A DNA stretch of 37,433 bases, taken from a virus. Taxonomy: Duplodnaviria > Caudoviricetes. The DNA lies in IMG/VR virus record IMGVR_UViG_3300011338_000534, positions 1 through 37,433 of that record. The stretch is one strand, 5' to 3'. Below the pieces are notes generated by a model. That model ran no database searches, was not told where the DNA came from, and saw only the letters and a list, made by a program, of their open reading frames with translations. The position numbers and the translations under genes are program-made. Every line of letters begins with the position of its first letter. Position 1 is the first letter of the stretch. This document shows, piece by piece, positions 7,372-14,065 of this stretch.

Positions 7372-7426
7372 CATGCGGATATACCGCGACCAGTTTAATC
7401 GTGCAAGCCTTCGGGTGGTTCCGTGA
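7367..7426 (+). CDS. Micro-ORF c, putative 19-aa leader peptide of the initiator
   Basis: AAGGAG SD at 7355-7360; GTG 7367 (in-frame ATG 7373); TGA 7424-7426 overlaps the initiator GTG at 7423. Confidence 0.5.
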   Translation: MTMRIYRDQFNRASLRVVP

Positions 7427-8181
7427 GCATTTCGCTTATGACTACCGTTTGGCGGCTCGACCTCCCGTCTTCCGACAAAATGGTTCTGCTTGCCCTTGCC
7501 GACGCAGCAAATGACGACGGCGTAACATGGATGGCCTTGCAGTCAAAAGAGGGCGTGAAGCTAGACCTCTTGAAGAAAACCAGCCTTTCACGGCGGGCGG
7601 TTCAGGGTGCGTTAAAGCGTCTCTGCGATGCGGGGTATTTGTCTCGGATCGACCGGCCCGGCAAAGGTGTCATCTGGACTGTAAGGGGGTGCAGCACGTG
7701 CGCCCCTACCGACGAGAGGGGTGCAGCACGTGCGCCCGGGGGTGCAGCAGATGCACCCAAACCGTCTATTAACCGTCAATCTAAATCAATCTCTAGGGCG
7801 TTCCCGCTTTCATGGCAGCCGAATGAGGAAGATTTGTCTTACGCAGCCAGCAAGGGGCTAACCCCTCAGGAGACCGAACGTGCCAGAGAAGATTTCAGAG
7901 GCCATTTCATCGCTAATGGAAAAAAGACAAGCACCGATTGGAGCCTTAACTGGCAACGGTGGTGCCGCGTTGCAGCCGACGACAAACACCGCCGCAGTCC
8001 TAGCCAAACTGGAAAGCCAATCGCCAGAGGACACCGACCGCAACCTGCTTCAATGGTTGACATCATCCTTGGGAATCGTGCCGGAGCCGCAAATCAGCCT
8101 GACGTATCCGGTGACGGGTGGCTACCAACGGAGCGTGACGGGGTTTTCATTCGAGGGTCTGACCCAGACCAACCTTTCTAG
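7423..8181 (+). CDS. Lambda-O-like replication initiator
   Basis: N-terminal wHTH (DKMVLLALADAAND...SLSRRAVQGALKRL..AGYL), central iterons, and a C-terminal WQP...F..HF...DW...WQRW segment. Confidence 0.85.
   Translation: MSISLMTTVWRLDLPSSDKMVLLALADAANDDGVTWMALQSKEGVKLDLLKKTSLSRRAVQGALKRLCDAGYLSRIDRPGKGVIWTVRGCSTCAPTDERGAARAPGGAADAPKPSINRQSKSISRAFPLSWQPNEEDLSYAASKGLTPQETERAREDFRGHFIANGKKTSTDWSLNWQRWCRVAADDKHRRSPSQTGKPIARGHRPQPASMVDIILGNRAGAANQPDVSGDGWLPTERDGVFIRGSDPDQPF
7686..7794. other. Putative replication origin: three iterons plus an AT-rich tract
   Basis: GGGGTGCAGCACGTGCGCCC at 7686-7705 and 7718-7737; GGGGTGCAGCAGATGCACCC at 7739-7758; AT-rich tract at 7759-7794. Confidence 0.75.
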
Positions 8182-8509
8182 GGCCTTGGAGGCCACCTAC
8201 AGCGCCATGACGCCCGCAACGGTCCAGCGATGCGAAGAACACGTTTCGACGCTCCACGCGGTCACAGCGCACCGGAATGACAGCGAGAACAGTTTGCGGC
8301 TGATCCTGCGGCTTTATGCGGACTGTCTAGCCAGGTATCCGGCTGACGTTTCCAAGGCCGTTGTCCAGCGGTTTATCTATCGATCTGACAAGCCAAACTT
8401 CTTCCCGACGCTGTCAGAACTGAAGGACGCTTGCGACAAGGCAGCGGCACAACGCCAGCAGCTTATGGCGGCGATGGAAAATAAATCCGCTAGGGGGATT
8501 GACGCCTAG
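7916..8509 (+). CDS. Putative helicase loader (lambda P position); start uncertain (7880, 7916 or later)
   Basis: Follows and overlaps the initiator; C-terminal Y..CL..YP....FFPTLSEL pattern seen in phage loader-type proteins. Confidence 0.6.
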   Translation: MEKRQAPIGALTGNGGAALQPTTNTAAVLAKLESQSPEDTDRNLLQWLTSSLGIVPEPQISLTYPVTGGYQRSVTGFSFEGLTQTNLSRALEATYSAMTPATVQRCEEHVSTLHAVTAHRNDSENSLRLILRLYADCLARYPADVSKAVVQRFIYRSDKPNFFPTLSELKDACDKAAAQRQQLMAAMENKSARGIDA

Positions 8510-8553
8510 GGCGCGACAGTCCTATTGTCTGTGTGTCGAGGGCAATCACGCCC
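8499..8553 (+). promoter_or_regulatory. Promoter with a palindromic spacer and a GGGCAATCACGCCC leader hairpin
   Basis: TTGACG-N18-TATTGT (8499-8528); inverted repeat TAGGGC-N6-GTCCTA; hairpin at 8540-8553; GGAG SD. Confidence 0.65.
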
Positions 8554-8568
8554 AGATGGAGAAGACAG

Positions 8569-8775
8569 ATGAACAATGCTTACAAGCGGATTTTGACCGT
8601 AGCGTCGGAGCAATCGTCCGAGTTTTTGGCCCACGCTTTTGATCAGTTTCACGGTTCAATGGCGCGGCCCGGTCGCGGCGGCGCGGTTGGCGAATACGTT
8701 ATCGAGGTTCCCGACAGCCCCTACTGGCGTCAGTTTGCTGACCGACTGGTTGAGCAATACGACACTCCCGCATGA
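8569..8775 (+). CDS. Hypothetical protein (cassette cargo)
   Basis: 68 aa from the ATG at 8569 with a GGAG SD. Confidence 0.65.
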   Translation: MNNAYKRILTVASEQSSEFLAHAFDQFHGSMARPGRGGAVGEYVIEVPDSPYWRQFADRLVEQYDTPA

Positions 8776-9008
8776 CACCTGACACCTACCGCGCCGCCAT
8801 CGCCGCCCTCAATCTAAGCCAGAGGGCGGCGGCTAAGGTCATCGGCGTAAACGAGCGCACTAGCCGCACCTATGCCGCTCACGGCGTTCCTGAGAAGCAT
8901 TCAGCATGGGTCCGCGACAAGCTGGCGAACTACCAAAACACAACATGGGCGAACCAGTTTGCCGAAATGGCAGCGGCTTCCGAACAAGGGGAGAAGACCA
9001 ATGATTGA
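8772..9008 (+). CDS. XRE-like HTH regulator
   Basis: YRAAIAALNLSQRAAAKVIGVNERTSRTYA. Confidence 0.8.
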   Translation: MTPDTYRAAIAALNLSQRAAAKVIGVNERTSRTYAAHGVPEKHSAWVRDKLANYQNTTWANQFAEMAAASEQGEKTND

Positions 9009-9201
9009 CCGTTCCGACTACACAGACCATCGCCGCCATGCCGCTATGATGACGGACCAGGCTTCGCACCGTGGCTGGGACTTCCGTGCTGCTGACGAGC
9101 CGCCGATGTGGCTCCGAGCCATAGCCGAGGTGTTCCGCCCTCGCTCTATCATCCTGCTGGCCGTGGTGGCTGGTGTTCTCTCGCTCTTTTGGATTGCTTG
9201 A
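9001..9201 (+). CDS. Small membrane protein
   Basis: C-terminal hydrophobic helix IILLAVVAGVLSLFWIA; GGGGAG SD. Confidence 0.6.
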   Translation: MIDRSDYTDHRRHAAMMTDQASHRGWDFRAADEPPMWLRAIAEVFRPRSIILLAVVAGVLSLFWIA

Positions 9202-9202
9202 T

Positions 9203-9958
9203 ATGACCGACCTGATCCTTTCCGACCGCCTGACGCGCGTCACGACGCTCAAGAGCGGATCGCATGAACCGAACGATGACGCAGCGTTCTGCGTCATGGA
9301 GGCCGTGGCGTATGTCGCTGGCGAGCCGTGGTCCGATCATCCGGCTTGCACTTGCCCGGTTATCACGGCCTTCATGGTTGCGTGGAATGATGGGTTGCCG
9401 TCCGATGCTGACCGCGCCCGTCTGCTGTTGCCCCTGATCCCGGTGCTAGTCGGGACGCGCGGGTCAAAGGCGCTGGAAACCCGCCGCACGAACATGGCCG
9501 CTGACTGGTATATCCGCGTCCAGACGCCCGCATGGTTGCGGCTCGCCGGGCTGACTACGCAAGCCGAGACGCTTGAGGCGTTTCCCGAGATCACCGACTT
9601 CACCGCCGTGCCGTCGCTCAAGCCGACGCTAGACGCCATCCGAAAAGACGCGGCTGCGGCGAGGGCTGCGGCGAGGGATGCGGCGAGGGCTGCGGCGAGG
9701 GCTGCGGCGAGGGATGCGGCGTGGGCTGCGGCGAGGGATGCGGCGAGGGATGCGGCGTTCGATGCGGCGTGGGCTGCGGCGAGGGATGCGGCGTTCGATG
9801 CGGCGTTCGGTGCGGCGAGGGCTGCGGCGAGGGCTGCGGCGAGGGCTGCGGCGAGGGCTGCGCTCGCTCCGACAGTTGCCTCCTTACAAGAAAGCGCCGT
9901 CGATCTGGTCAAGCGTATGTGCGCGCTGACTGACGAAGCCACGGGAGAAGCAGCATGA
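9203..9958 (+). CDS. Protein with AA(R/W/F)(A/D/G) tetrapeptide repeats
   Basis: N-terminal GSH...CVMEAVAYVAGEPWSDHP.C.CPVI domain followed by 17 repeats. Confidence 0.8.
   Translation: MTDLILSDRLTRVTTLKSGSHEPNDDAAFCVMEAVAYVAGEPWSDHPACTCPVITAFMVAWNDGLPSDADRARLLLPLIPVLVGTRGSKALETRRTNMAADWYIRVQTPAWLRLAGLTTQAETLEAFPEITDFTAVPSLKPTLDAIRKDAAAARAAARDAARAAARAAARDAAWAAARDAARDAAFDAAWAAARDAAFDAAFGAARAAARAAARAAARAALAPTVASLQESAVDLVKRMCALTDEATGEAA
9656..9859 (+). repeat. 12-bp tandem repeat, 17 copies, GCGGCG(AGG/TGG/TTC)(GCT/GAT/GGT)
   Basis: Read directly from the sequence; 204 bp, in frame. Confidence 0.95.
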
Positions 9959-10248
9959 CGCCCGACGATATGGAGGCGCATCTGGAAGCGGTTGCTCGCT
10001 CACTGGGCGACGGCGACTTTACCCGCGTTACGTTTCCAGAAGGTGTGGCCAAGAAGACCGCCACGGCTATCCGCGCCCTCCTGCTCGACTACCAGGAGCG
10101 TGGACGGGCGTTGGAGCCGTTCGCGGCGGTTGCCGACCTCTACCGCGAAACCAAGCCTGACTACGCGTTTATTAATGCAGCGGCTGGGGTGACGGTTGGA
10201 GAATGCCGACGCGCCCGCGCCACCCTGAAAGGAAAGAGCCATGAGTGA
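9955..10248 (+). CDS. Hypothetical protein
   Basis: 97 aa; GGGAG SD; ATGA overlap. Confidence 0.65.
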   Translation: MTPDDMEAHLEAVARSLGDGDFTRVTFPEGVAKKTATAIRALLLDYQERGRALEPFAAVADLYRETKPDYAFINAAAGVTVGECRRARATLKGKSHE

Positions 10249-10807
10249 CTGGAACAAAACCATTCAATCCGACGAGTTCAAAGCCCTGTCCCGCACCCCT
10301 GCACCAGAGGGGGAGGTGGTGTCTTGGCGGTGGGTGCCAACCATTAAAGGGCGGAAAGAGCCGTGGATGACGGGAGACGCTACGCCTTGGGTTTATCATA
10401 CCGGCGCACAAAAACCGGAATTCCCGCATTGCCGATCAGGAGAAATTCAGGACTTGCAGCCCCTCTACGCATCCCCTGTCGTTCCGGTAGGGGAGAACCA
10501 TTCGCAACTGATCGCCGACCTTCGCCGGGCCTACAACGATATGACGCCGCGCCAGATTGAGCGGTCGTCCTGTGACCTCGACGGCCACGCCTTTGCGATC
10601 AACAAGGCGATCGCCATCATCGCAGCCCTCGGCCAGCCTGTCGTTGCGGTGTCGAGGGAGGAGATTGCGCGTCAGCTTGCCGAAGCGATTTACCAACAGG
10701 TCGCACCGCTGCTGGCGGAATGTTCGGAACCGAACCCGGAGGACTACATCAACGCCATCCTCGCAGCCCTTGGCACGAAAGCCACCGATACAGGGAGGGA
10801 AGGGTGA
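10241..10807 (+). CDS. Hypothetical protein
   Basis: 188 aa, overlapping both neighbours; QPLYASP segment typical of phage accessory genes. Confidence 0.65.
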   Translation: MSDWNKTIQSDEFKALSRTPAPEGEVVSWRWVPTIKGRKEPWMTGDATPWVYHTGAQKPEFPHCRSGEIQDLQPLYASPVVPVGENHSQLIADLRRAYNDMTPRQIERSSCDLDGHAFAINKAIAIIAALGQPVVAVSREEIARQLAEAIYQQVAPLLAECSEPNPEDYINAILAALGTKATDTGREG

Positions 10808-11379
10808 GCTTTGCTGAACTTGGCTGCGTCGATTGCGCGAACAGTATTTGCCGCGACTGCGACCCCGACGCCCAACCCGCAGATGGATTTTGGAAAGAAC
10901 AAATGACCACCCCTGACATAGCCGGTCTGTGCGAGAGGCTGCGGGCGGCGCTGGAACGCGCCACGCCGGGGCCTTGGTTCGCGGGGCCGCTCCAGCCAGA
11001 GGATGAATACGGCGCACCGGGCGGCGTCTCCATCGGGCCGTTTGACTTGGCCGAGCGGTATGGCTCTCGGCCTGACTACACCCCCGACACGTTCAACAGC
11101 CACTACGAAAGCACCATCGTTGAGGCATGGGGTGGCGAATGTGACGCAGAAGCCAACGCCGCCTTCATCGCCCTGTCCCGCGAGGCCGTCCCGGCGCTTC
11201 TGGACACCCTTGAACGCCAAGCCGCTGAGATAGAGAGGCTGCGGCGGGCTTTGGAAAACGTATTGGCCAGCACGGTAGGACCGGAAGTCGGAGCCGGTGA
11301 CGGCGGGACGTTTATCCTCCGGTCGCCCTCCCCTGATGCGCTCCGCCGCGCCCGAGCCGCCCTTACAGGGGAAGACTAG
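10804..11379 (+). CDS. Ead/Ea22-like protein with an N-terminal CxxC-CxxC
   Basis: ATPGPW...DAEANAAFIA....VPALLD.LE pattern; GTG at 10804 overlaps the upstream TGA and has a GGGAGG SD (alternative ATG at 10903). Confidence 0.7.
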   Translation: MSFAELGCVDCANSICRDCDPDAQPADGFWKEQMTTPDIAGLCERLRAALERATPGPWFAGPLQPEDEYGAPGGVSIGPFDLAERYGSRPDYTPDTFNSHYESTIVEAWGGECDAEANAAFIALSREAVPALLDTLERQAAEIERLRRALENVLASTVGPEVGAGDGGTFILRSPSPDALRRARAALTGED

Positions 11380-11381
11380 GC

Positions 11382-11573
11382 CTAGCCTAACTCGTCGTCG
11401 GCGTCGTCAAGTGTGCCAGGATCAGGCCGCAAGTCCGTAGCAGAGCGCGGAAAGGGTCTGCCGGTATAGGTGGCCCACCTTGCCCGCTTGGCGCTGGCTT
11501 TGCGGTTCAAGGCCTTAGCGGCTTCCATAAACAGGACGCTGGCAAAGGGATCAAGTGTCACGGCCTGACCCAT
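11382..11573 (-). CDS. Hypothetical protein, last gene of the late arm
   Basis: 63 aa; GGAG SD; overlaps the end of the phosphoesterase. Confidence 0.5.
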   Translation of the reverse strand: MGQAVTLDPFASVLFMEAAKALNRKASAKRARWATYTGRPFPRSATDLRPDPGTLDDADDELG

Positions 11574-12612
11574 ATTTATGCTCCAGCAGGCTCATTTCCT
11601 CAAAGCACCAGGATCGGACGTGGCCACCCCATATTTTTGCCAAACACACGCCAGAGCGCCACGTTCCGCCGCCCTTGTTTGCAAAGCCCTCAATGAAACC
11701 GTTAGGCAGGGCTGTAGCGGCTGAATAGACAGTCGGAGTGCGGAACGGCCCAGACTTGTGTTCCGTTATCTGCGTGGCCCTGTGGTCATCGCCGTGGATC
11801 GTGTCGCACATGGCCTTATTGGCGTGTTGCCCCTGAGCAAGAGGCTTGCCGCGACCGTTGAACGGAATGTGCGTGAAACCCACCCCGTCAATAAACCGAT
11901 ACTCGCCATACATGGACGTTCGCCAGCCCCATTGCAGGAACGCTTCCTCGACCATGTGCGCGTGAGAAATGCCGTCAGGGTGAAAATTGTCGTATTTCCA
12001 TGCGCGGTGTTCGTGGTTGCCGAGCGTGATTAGCTTGCGAGGCTTGAGCGTCCCCAAACCCCGCTGAAACTCTTTCTGCGAGGCGTGAAAGCTGGCCAAC
12101 TCTTGTTCAAACGTCGGCTTGGAAAAGCCCTCGAACGTCGCCCGGTCATTGAACGACGAAAAGCAATCCATCGTCATCCAGTCGCCAACGGAAACCACCC
12201 AATCGACGTTGTGTTCCGCCGCAAACCGGCCAAGCCAATAGAAGCGTTCCTTGTTAGGCAAGTGCGGGCTATCGTGAGCGTCCCCGATTACGCAAACCAC
12301 AATCGGCTTGCCGTCCGGCATCGGCTCTTTGATGTGGTCTTGGGACACCATCGCCGGAGCGCCAGGTGTGTGGTGCTGATACTGGCGAGGCCGATACAGC
12401 GTCTCATCCGGCTCTAGGCCATAGTTCACCTTAGCCGCCGCAAGCCTGCCGTTGACGGTGCCGCGCGAGATGCCCCATTCATCAGCAGCGGCAGATGCTG
12501 CGCCAGCCCCCGACCCTCCCATTCCAGAGGGCCGAAAACCCTCCCTTAGCTTTGCCTCAACGCGCTCAACCGTCTCAACGGCTAGTTCACGGGAAAGCAG
12601 GGGCTGGGCCAT
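11551..12612 (-). CDS. Calcineurin-like metallophosphoesterase with an N-terminal HTH-like region
   Basis: Metal-binding motifs GDAH, VGDW, LGNHE, FTH and HGDDH. Confidence 0.85.
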   Translation of the reverse strand: MAQPLLSRELAVETVERVEAKLREGFRPSGMGGSGAGAASAAADEWGISRGTVNGRLAAAKVNYGLEPDETLYRPRQYQHHTPGAPAMVSQDHIKEPMPDGKPIVVCVIGDAHDSPHLPNKERFYWLGRFAAEHNVDWVVSVGDWMTMDCFSSFNDRATFEGFSKPTFEQELASFHASQKEFQRGLGTLKPRKLITLGNHEHRAWKYDNFHPDGISHAHMVEEAFLQWGWRTSMYGEYRFIDGVGFTHIPFNGRGKPLAQGQHANKAMCDTIHGDDHRATQITEHKSGPFRTPTVYSAATALPNGFIEGFANKGGGTWRSGVCLAKIWGGHVRSWCFEEMSLLEHKYGSGRDT

Positions 12613-12618
12613 CTCACG

Positions 12619-12918
12619 TCACCAAAAGCGCCAGAACGGGCGGGAAGGGGGTGTCAGCGCCTTTTGTTGAGCATCAAAGGCTTGGACGGCCAAATCCCTC
12701 CGACCGTCGCACACGGCCAGCATAAGGCCCCTAGCGTCGTGCGTGACTTCGAGGTCAGCAATCGTCGGGCTATCCGGCAGCATCGGCAACTGGCACGGCG
12801 TCCGCGCGGCCTCCGGCAGCGTCAGGAGCGGGGCAGATGGCCGGGGTGACGATGCACAGCCGGTTATCAGCAGCCCGTATGCGAGCCACACGATCAGGGT
12901 CAAGGGGCGTCTCAGCAT
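12619..12918 (-). CDS. o-spanin (Rz1-like lipoprotein)
   Basis: Signal peptide with lipobox LITGC; Pro-rich; overlaps the 3' half of the i-spanin. Confidence 0.8.
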   Translation of the reverse strand: MLRRPLTLIVWLAYGLLITGCASSPRPSAPLLTLPEAARTPCQLPMLPDSPTIADLEVTHDARGLMLAVCDGRRDLAVQAFDAQQKALTPPSRPFWRFW

Positions 12919-13210
12919 CGTGTGCTTTCCTCGCGTCGATTTCAGCGTTACGCGAAAGTTCGCGGATTACAACCTCTCGCGTGTGAAAGGTTTGTGTCGC
13001 CGTTGCGATTTCCGCGTTTCCCGCTGCCTCGCGCTCAAGCACGGACACTTCGCTTTCCAGCCGGTCGATCTTGCGAGCGTCGATCCCGAACGGGTCAAAC
13101 TTGAGGCCGAGAAAGCTAGGTCGGGCCAGACCAGCTAGGCCAAACACCACCACCGCAACCGCAGCAATGATAAGCCAGCCGGTCGGGGTGATGATGCGAA
13201 GATACTTCAC
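12770..13210 (-). CDS. i-spanin (Rz-like)
   Basis: N-terminal TM helix plus coiled coil; directly after the endolysin. Confidence 0.8.
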   Translation of the reverse strand: MKYLRIITPTGWLIIAAVAVVVFGLAGLARPSFLGLKFDPFGIDARKIDRLESEVSVLEREAAGNAEIATATQTFHTREVVIRELSRNAEIDARKAHDAETPLDPDRVARIRAADNRLCIVTPAICPAPDAAGGRADAVPVADAAG

Positions 13211-13590
13211 GGGTAACGCTTCCGGTCTAGTTCAACGTGCGGGCCGTCCCTAAGCGACTTCCAGTCGCCGCCCCAGATGATCGGCACGTTCAGTTCTTTG
13301 GCCGCGCGTTTGAACGCCTCAGCAACCTGACCATACAGCGGCCAATCCCACCGGACCTTGCCGCCCACCAGGACCGCAAAGTCTATGGCATGGCCGGTAA
13401 TGTGGCGGCTGTTCATCGTCTGCGATGCGCCCGCAGCCTTCAGTTCCCGCTGGCGAGCGACCGACCGCAAGCCTTCCGTAATGGTGAAATCGTGCGGGCT
13501 ATAGGTCAGGGCAAGTTCAACTACCTTGACCAGATCGGGGTAAACGCCCTTAAGCCGAGCGCGGGAACGAGAGCCGAGAACGAACGCCAT
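13207..13590 (-). CDS. Endolysin, peptidase M15 family
   Basis: EGLRS..RQ, SRHITGHAID, WGGDW....DGPHVEL; the ATG at 13590 overlaps the holin stop. Confidence 0.92.
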   Translation of the reverse strand: MAFVLGSRSRARLKGVYPDLVKVVELALTYSPHDFTITEGLRSVARQRELKAAGASQTMNSRHITGHAIDFAVLVGGKVRWDWPLYGQVAEAFKRAAKELNVPIIWGGDWKSLRDGPHVELDRKRYP

Positions 13591-13826
13591 CACGCAACTC
13601 CCTTCAGTTTTTCCCACGACTTAAGGCCAAGCACCGCAGCCGCGAAGGTCAGCCAAACAGCAAGATAGCCCTCATTCATGGGCTTGCCGATGGCGTGGCC
13701 GATAAACCCGGCATAGGCCGTGCCTCCGACTACTACCCAACCAGCCGTAGGGCGCCACAGACGGTCGAACGCCTGCCAAGCCCAGTGCTTGCGAATCGGG
13801 TGATCGGGCAGAGGAATGTCGGTCAT
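13590..13826 (-). CDS. Holin
   Basis: WRPTAGWV, two TM helices and a LGLKSWEKLKGVA tail; adjacent to the endolysin. Confidence 0.8.
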   Translation of the reverse strand: MTDIPLPDHPIRKHWAWQAFDRLWRPTAGWVVVGGTAYAGFIGHAIGKPMNEGYLAVWLTFAAAVLGLKSWEKLKGVA

Positions 13827-14056
13827 GCTCCGTCCCTCTTTTCGATACGGTCCAGCTGCTCTTTCATGGCCCTGGTGCGTTCGTCTAGACGCGCCAGCGT
13901 TCCGTCAGCAAGGGGGCCGACGATGCGCTCAAGGCTGGCCACGCGCTGATTGATGCCGCCGCCCCAGAAAACGAGGATTGCGGTGTTAATGCCGAGCGTC
14001 ACGATCACGCCAATCATGGCCCAGTTCAGCTTACGAGCGTCAGAATGCAGGGTCAT
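13823..14056 (-). CDS. Single-TM coiled-coil lysis-cassette protein (holin/antiholin-like)
   Basis: TM helix at about residues 11-31 followed by a charged coiled coil. Confidence 0.6.
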   Translation of the reverse strand: MTLHSDARKLNWAMIGVIVTLGINTAILVFWGGGINQRVASLERIVGPLADGTLARLDERTRAMKEQLDRIEKRDGA

Positions 14057-14065
14057 GGCTACCTT

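Noticed and set aside
9656-9859. Repeat tract as a CRISPR array, or the alternative-frame MRRGLRRG, GCGE and antisense ORFs as genes
   Set aside because: There are no unique spacers and no cas genes; the alternative frames are open only because the 12-bp unit lacks stop codons.
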